DNA of 64,000 bases from Mobula hypostoma (lineage: Eukaryota), in NCBI RefSeq assembly GCF_963921235.1, contig NC_086107.1, forward strand, positions 93,250,001-93,314,000. Direction: 5' to 3'. A program made the position numbers and the translations under genes. Positions 61,026 through 64,000 of this stretch are shown in pieces. The first letter of the stretch is position 1; each line of letters begins with the position of its first letter. A model generated the notes under the pieces. That model did no database searches, was not told where the DNA came from, and was given only the letters and a program-made list of their open reading frames with translations.

Positions 61026-63589
61026 TAATTTGCCATTAAGTGGGTCTTGGAGGAATGGAGACATTGGCTTCTGGGGAACACCGAGCCCTTTCTGATATGG
61101 GCTGACCACCAGGACCTCATATCCATACAGCAGACATGCCAATTCACCCCACGTCAGACTCACTAGGCTCTCTTCTTCAAGCAAAATCCATCTTCACCAT
61201 CTCCTGCTGACCTGGCTCCAAGAACACTAAGGCCAACACCCTGTCATGATTGTTTGACCCAGGTGAAACAGAGATCGCACCTCAGCCCATCATTCCACCC
61301 TTGCAGACCCTCCACCCTGACCATCTGGGATCTTGAGATCCAGATCCACCAGACCCTACAGCATAAGCCTGCTCTGGTGGACACAGTTGACAAATGTAGG
61401 TATGTGCCCGTCCATGCACTCTGCAGCTCCCCGATGGGCCCACTTCTCACCCCTCTCCGGCCATCCAGGTGCAGAGTGGGCTCTGGATCTTCTGCGATGC
61501 CTGTTCTGGTGGCCTACCATGATCGCAGCTGTATGTCAGTTCGTCGCTGCTTGCCCTCAATATGTCCAGTCCAATTCGTCCAACCAGTGGCTCTCTGGGC
61601 TACTGGTCTCCCAATGCCTGTAGGCCAACATAGGCATGGATTTCATCACAGATTAGCCATCATCCAATGGGGCCATGGTGATCATCACAATGGAGGACCA
61701 GTTCTCTAAGGCAGCCCACTTTGTTGCCCTCCCCAAACTTCCATCAGCCACTGACCTGATTTTCCAACATATAGTTCGCATCTGCGCTTCCCCTCAGAAC
61801 AGTGTGTCAGACCAGGACCCATAATTTAACTCCTGCTTACAAGCCAGTCTTCTGCTCCCTTCTCCACACCGCAGTGAGTTTCTCCTCTGGCTGTTATCTG
61901 CAGGCCAACGGTTAATCAGAAAAAGCCAAAAAGCCAGTCAGCAAGTAGAGAAGTCTCTGTCTTGCATGCCACCTCTAACCCTTCCACATAGAGGAATTAT
62001 CTGCTCTAGGCTAAACTATTCCACAATCTATACATCTCTTCTGCCATAGGAATGTCACCCTTTGAAGTACTTCATGGTTACCAACCACTGCTGTTCCCCA
62101 TGGAGGAGCCGACAATAGACGTCCCGTCTGCCAGGACCCTAGTTCGCCAATGCTGAGTTGCTTGAAGGAGAGTACAGAGGGCCATCCTAGCTGCCAACCA
62201 TGCCCACTGCCATTGGCATCCAGCCATACTACTCCAGCCTGGGGACCGTGTTTGGCTGTCCATCTGAGATCTGTCCCTGCACACCGACTCCCACAAGCTC
62301 TCACCCAGTTCATTGGTCCCTTCAAGATTACCCATCGCATCAACCCATTTACTTACCATCTTCAACTACCACCATCCCTCAAGATTATACCTACCTTCCA
62401 TGTGTCCTGCCTCAAGCCCATTGACCGTGGACCTCTCAACCCCCTGAGCCTGCACCTCCAGAACCAAGGATGGCGGAAGGTGGTCCAGTGTACACGGTTA
62501 ACTCAGTCGAGGATAGAGTGTGCAATACCTGGTTGACTGGGAAGGATACGGTCTGGAGGAGAGGTCTTGGGTGTCGTCCAGTTTCATCTTGGATCTATTG
62601 CTCATGGAGGTGTTCCACTGGACCATCTGGATCATCCTGGGCCATTGGGTGCAGTCTGCAGGAGGGGGAGGGGTTCCTATCAGACCTGCAGAAGCAGAAA
62701 CCTCCCAGTCTCCACCCAGCTAACAGAAGTCACCTGCTACTCGTTTCCAACTCATCTCCTGCAGCCTATTTAAACCCAGCTCTCATCCACAGTCCTCGTT
62801 CATCCATTGAACCAGCCAGCCTCAACCAGCTGCTCCTAGCCTTCAGTCCTCTTGTTGCCTTGTCCTGTGAAGTATCTGTTCTCTCTTGTTTTGTGGCATT
62901 TCATGATTTGTTATTTTGCAGTTTATTTGTAAAATATTTTTTAACCGCTAAATTGTCTCCACAGCTCTGCTTTTAGGTCAGGCGTCTTCTACATTTCCTG
63001 ACACATGAGCGGTATAAATAAGGTGGTTATAGTCTTTTCCCAAGGATAAGGAAGTCTAAAACTTGTGGGGTGCAGGTTTATGGTGAACGACAAAAGGTTT
63101 AAAGGGAACATGGGGATCAACTTTTTCACATAGAGGGTGGTGAGATGCAAGAGGAAGTGGCAGATGCAGGTACAATTGCAACATTTAAAAGTTATGTCAC
63201 CAGGTACATTGAACAAAAGATTTAGAGCGAAATGGGCCAAATGTCTTGGTCGGAATGGATGAGTTGGGCCAAAGGGCCTGTTTCAGTGTTAGATACCTCA
63301 TGAATACCATAATGAGATTGGTGTCATTGGGTGCGAGATAGTCTCAATGGGCTGAAGGACTGTCTGTGTCTACGTTACAGATCAATGTCATTAACCTTAA
63401 TTTCCCAAGAACGCAAAGAATGGTCTCCTTCAGAGCTACAAGTTCCTAGGAAACTATAAAATTGGACATCACTAATATGAAGGAACTGCAGTAATCATCT
63501 CTGCCTTCCTTATAAGCGGAATATTGAGGGGAAAGATTTGCTAGAGGTGAAGAATTATGAAAAGCCCTCGGTTCTGTTACTAATAGCAT

Positions 63590-64000
63590 TTGATGGCTCT
63601 GGGCCTGTACCAGTTGGAATTTAGAAGAATGAGAAGGAATCTCATTGAAACCTACCAAATACTGTAAAGTCTAAATAGAGTGGATGCGCAGAGGATACTT
63701 CCAATAGTGGGAGAGTCTTTGAAGAGAGATTCAGAGGAAATTCTTTAGATAGAGAGTGGTGAATCTGTGGAATTCATTGCCACAAACAGCTGTGGGGGCC
63801 AAGTCATTAGGTATATTTAAAGTGGAGGTTGACTGTTTCTTGATTAGTAAGAGTGTCCAAGGTTGATTAGTAAGAGTGTCCAGCCCTCAAGCTTGATTAG
63901 TAAGAGTGTCCAAGGTTGTGGGAGAAGGCTGGAGAATGGGGTTAAGAGGGAAAATAAATCAGTCATGGCTATATGGGAGAAGGGACTCGATGGGCTGAAT
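63590..64000 (+). mobile_element. CR1 3' fragment running off the window
   Basis: LYQLEFRRMRRNLIETYQIL..RVVNLWNSLPQTAV; another CR1 fragment lies at about 63010-63300. Confidence 0.8.

Larger units (their letters stand above)
55580..63003 (+). mobile_element. Fragmented chromovirus-type (Sushi/Tf2-like) Gypsy retrotransposon
   Basis: gag IAFITSLLTGRA..EICQVFDH (about 55810-55940); protease AAVDSGTA (about 56963); [26 protein letters not shown]; RNaseH VEADAS; integrase SGHPG..WWPTM..CPQ and [15 protein letters not shown]; chromodomain [17 protein letters not shown]; polypurine tract 62661-62673; 3' LTR 62678-63003 ending CTGACA. No 5' LTR found. Confidence 0.9.

Noticed and set aside
63840..63917. 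Three copies of TGATTAGTAAGAGTGTCCA
   Set aside because: Local slippage duplication inside a dead CR1 fragment.

Overview
Repeat-dense vertebrate genomic DNA with no intact host protein-coding gene that I can support. The repeat repertoire (CR1 LINEs with (CTATGTTT)n tails, HE1/V-type SINEs, Penelope elements, Rex1-like LINEs, fish-type Gypsy elements) suggests a cartilaginous fish, probably a ray; this is inference. The window is a stack of nested mobile elements, many with readable target-site duplications (TSDs). Main results: (1) a Gypsy LTR retrotransposon (38413-42236, minus) whose RT/RNaseH/integrase core is replaced by an apparently intron-less, frameshifted ~0.5-kb fragment of the host splicing-factor gene RBM25, which looks like LTR-mediated gene capture; (2) minimal hammerhead ribozyme motifs in Penelope terminal repeats, including a 162-bp fold-back mini-element with a 13-bp TSD (58105-58266); (3) a composite element made of two tiny Tc1-type MITEs flanking captured cargo, present twice; (4) several 3-4 layer nested insertions and a chimeric CR1. 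Family names come from motif recognition without database searches, and boundaries lacking a quoted TSD are approximate.
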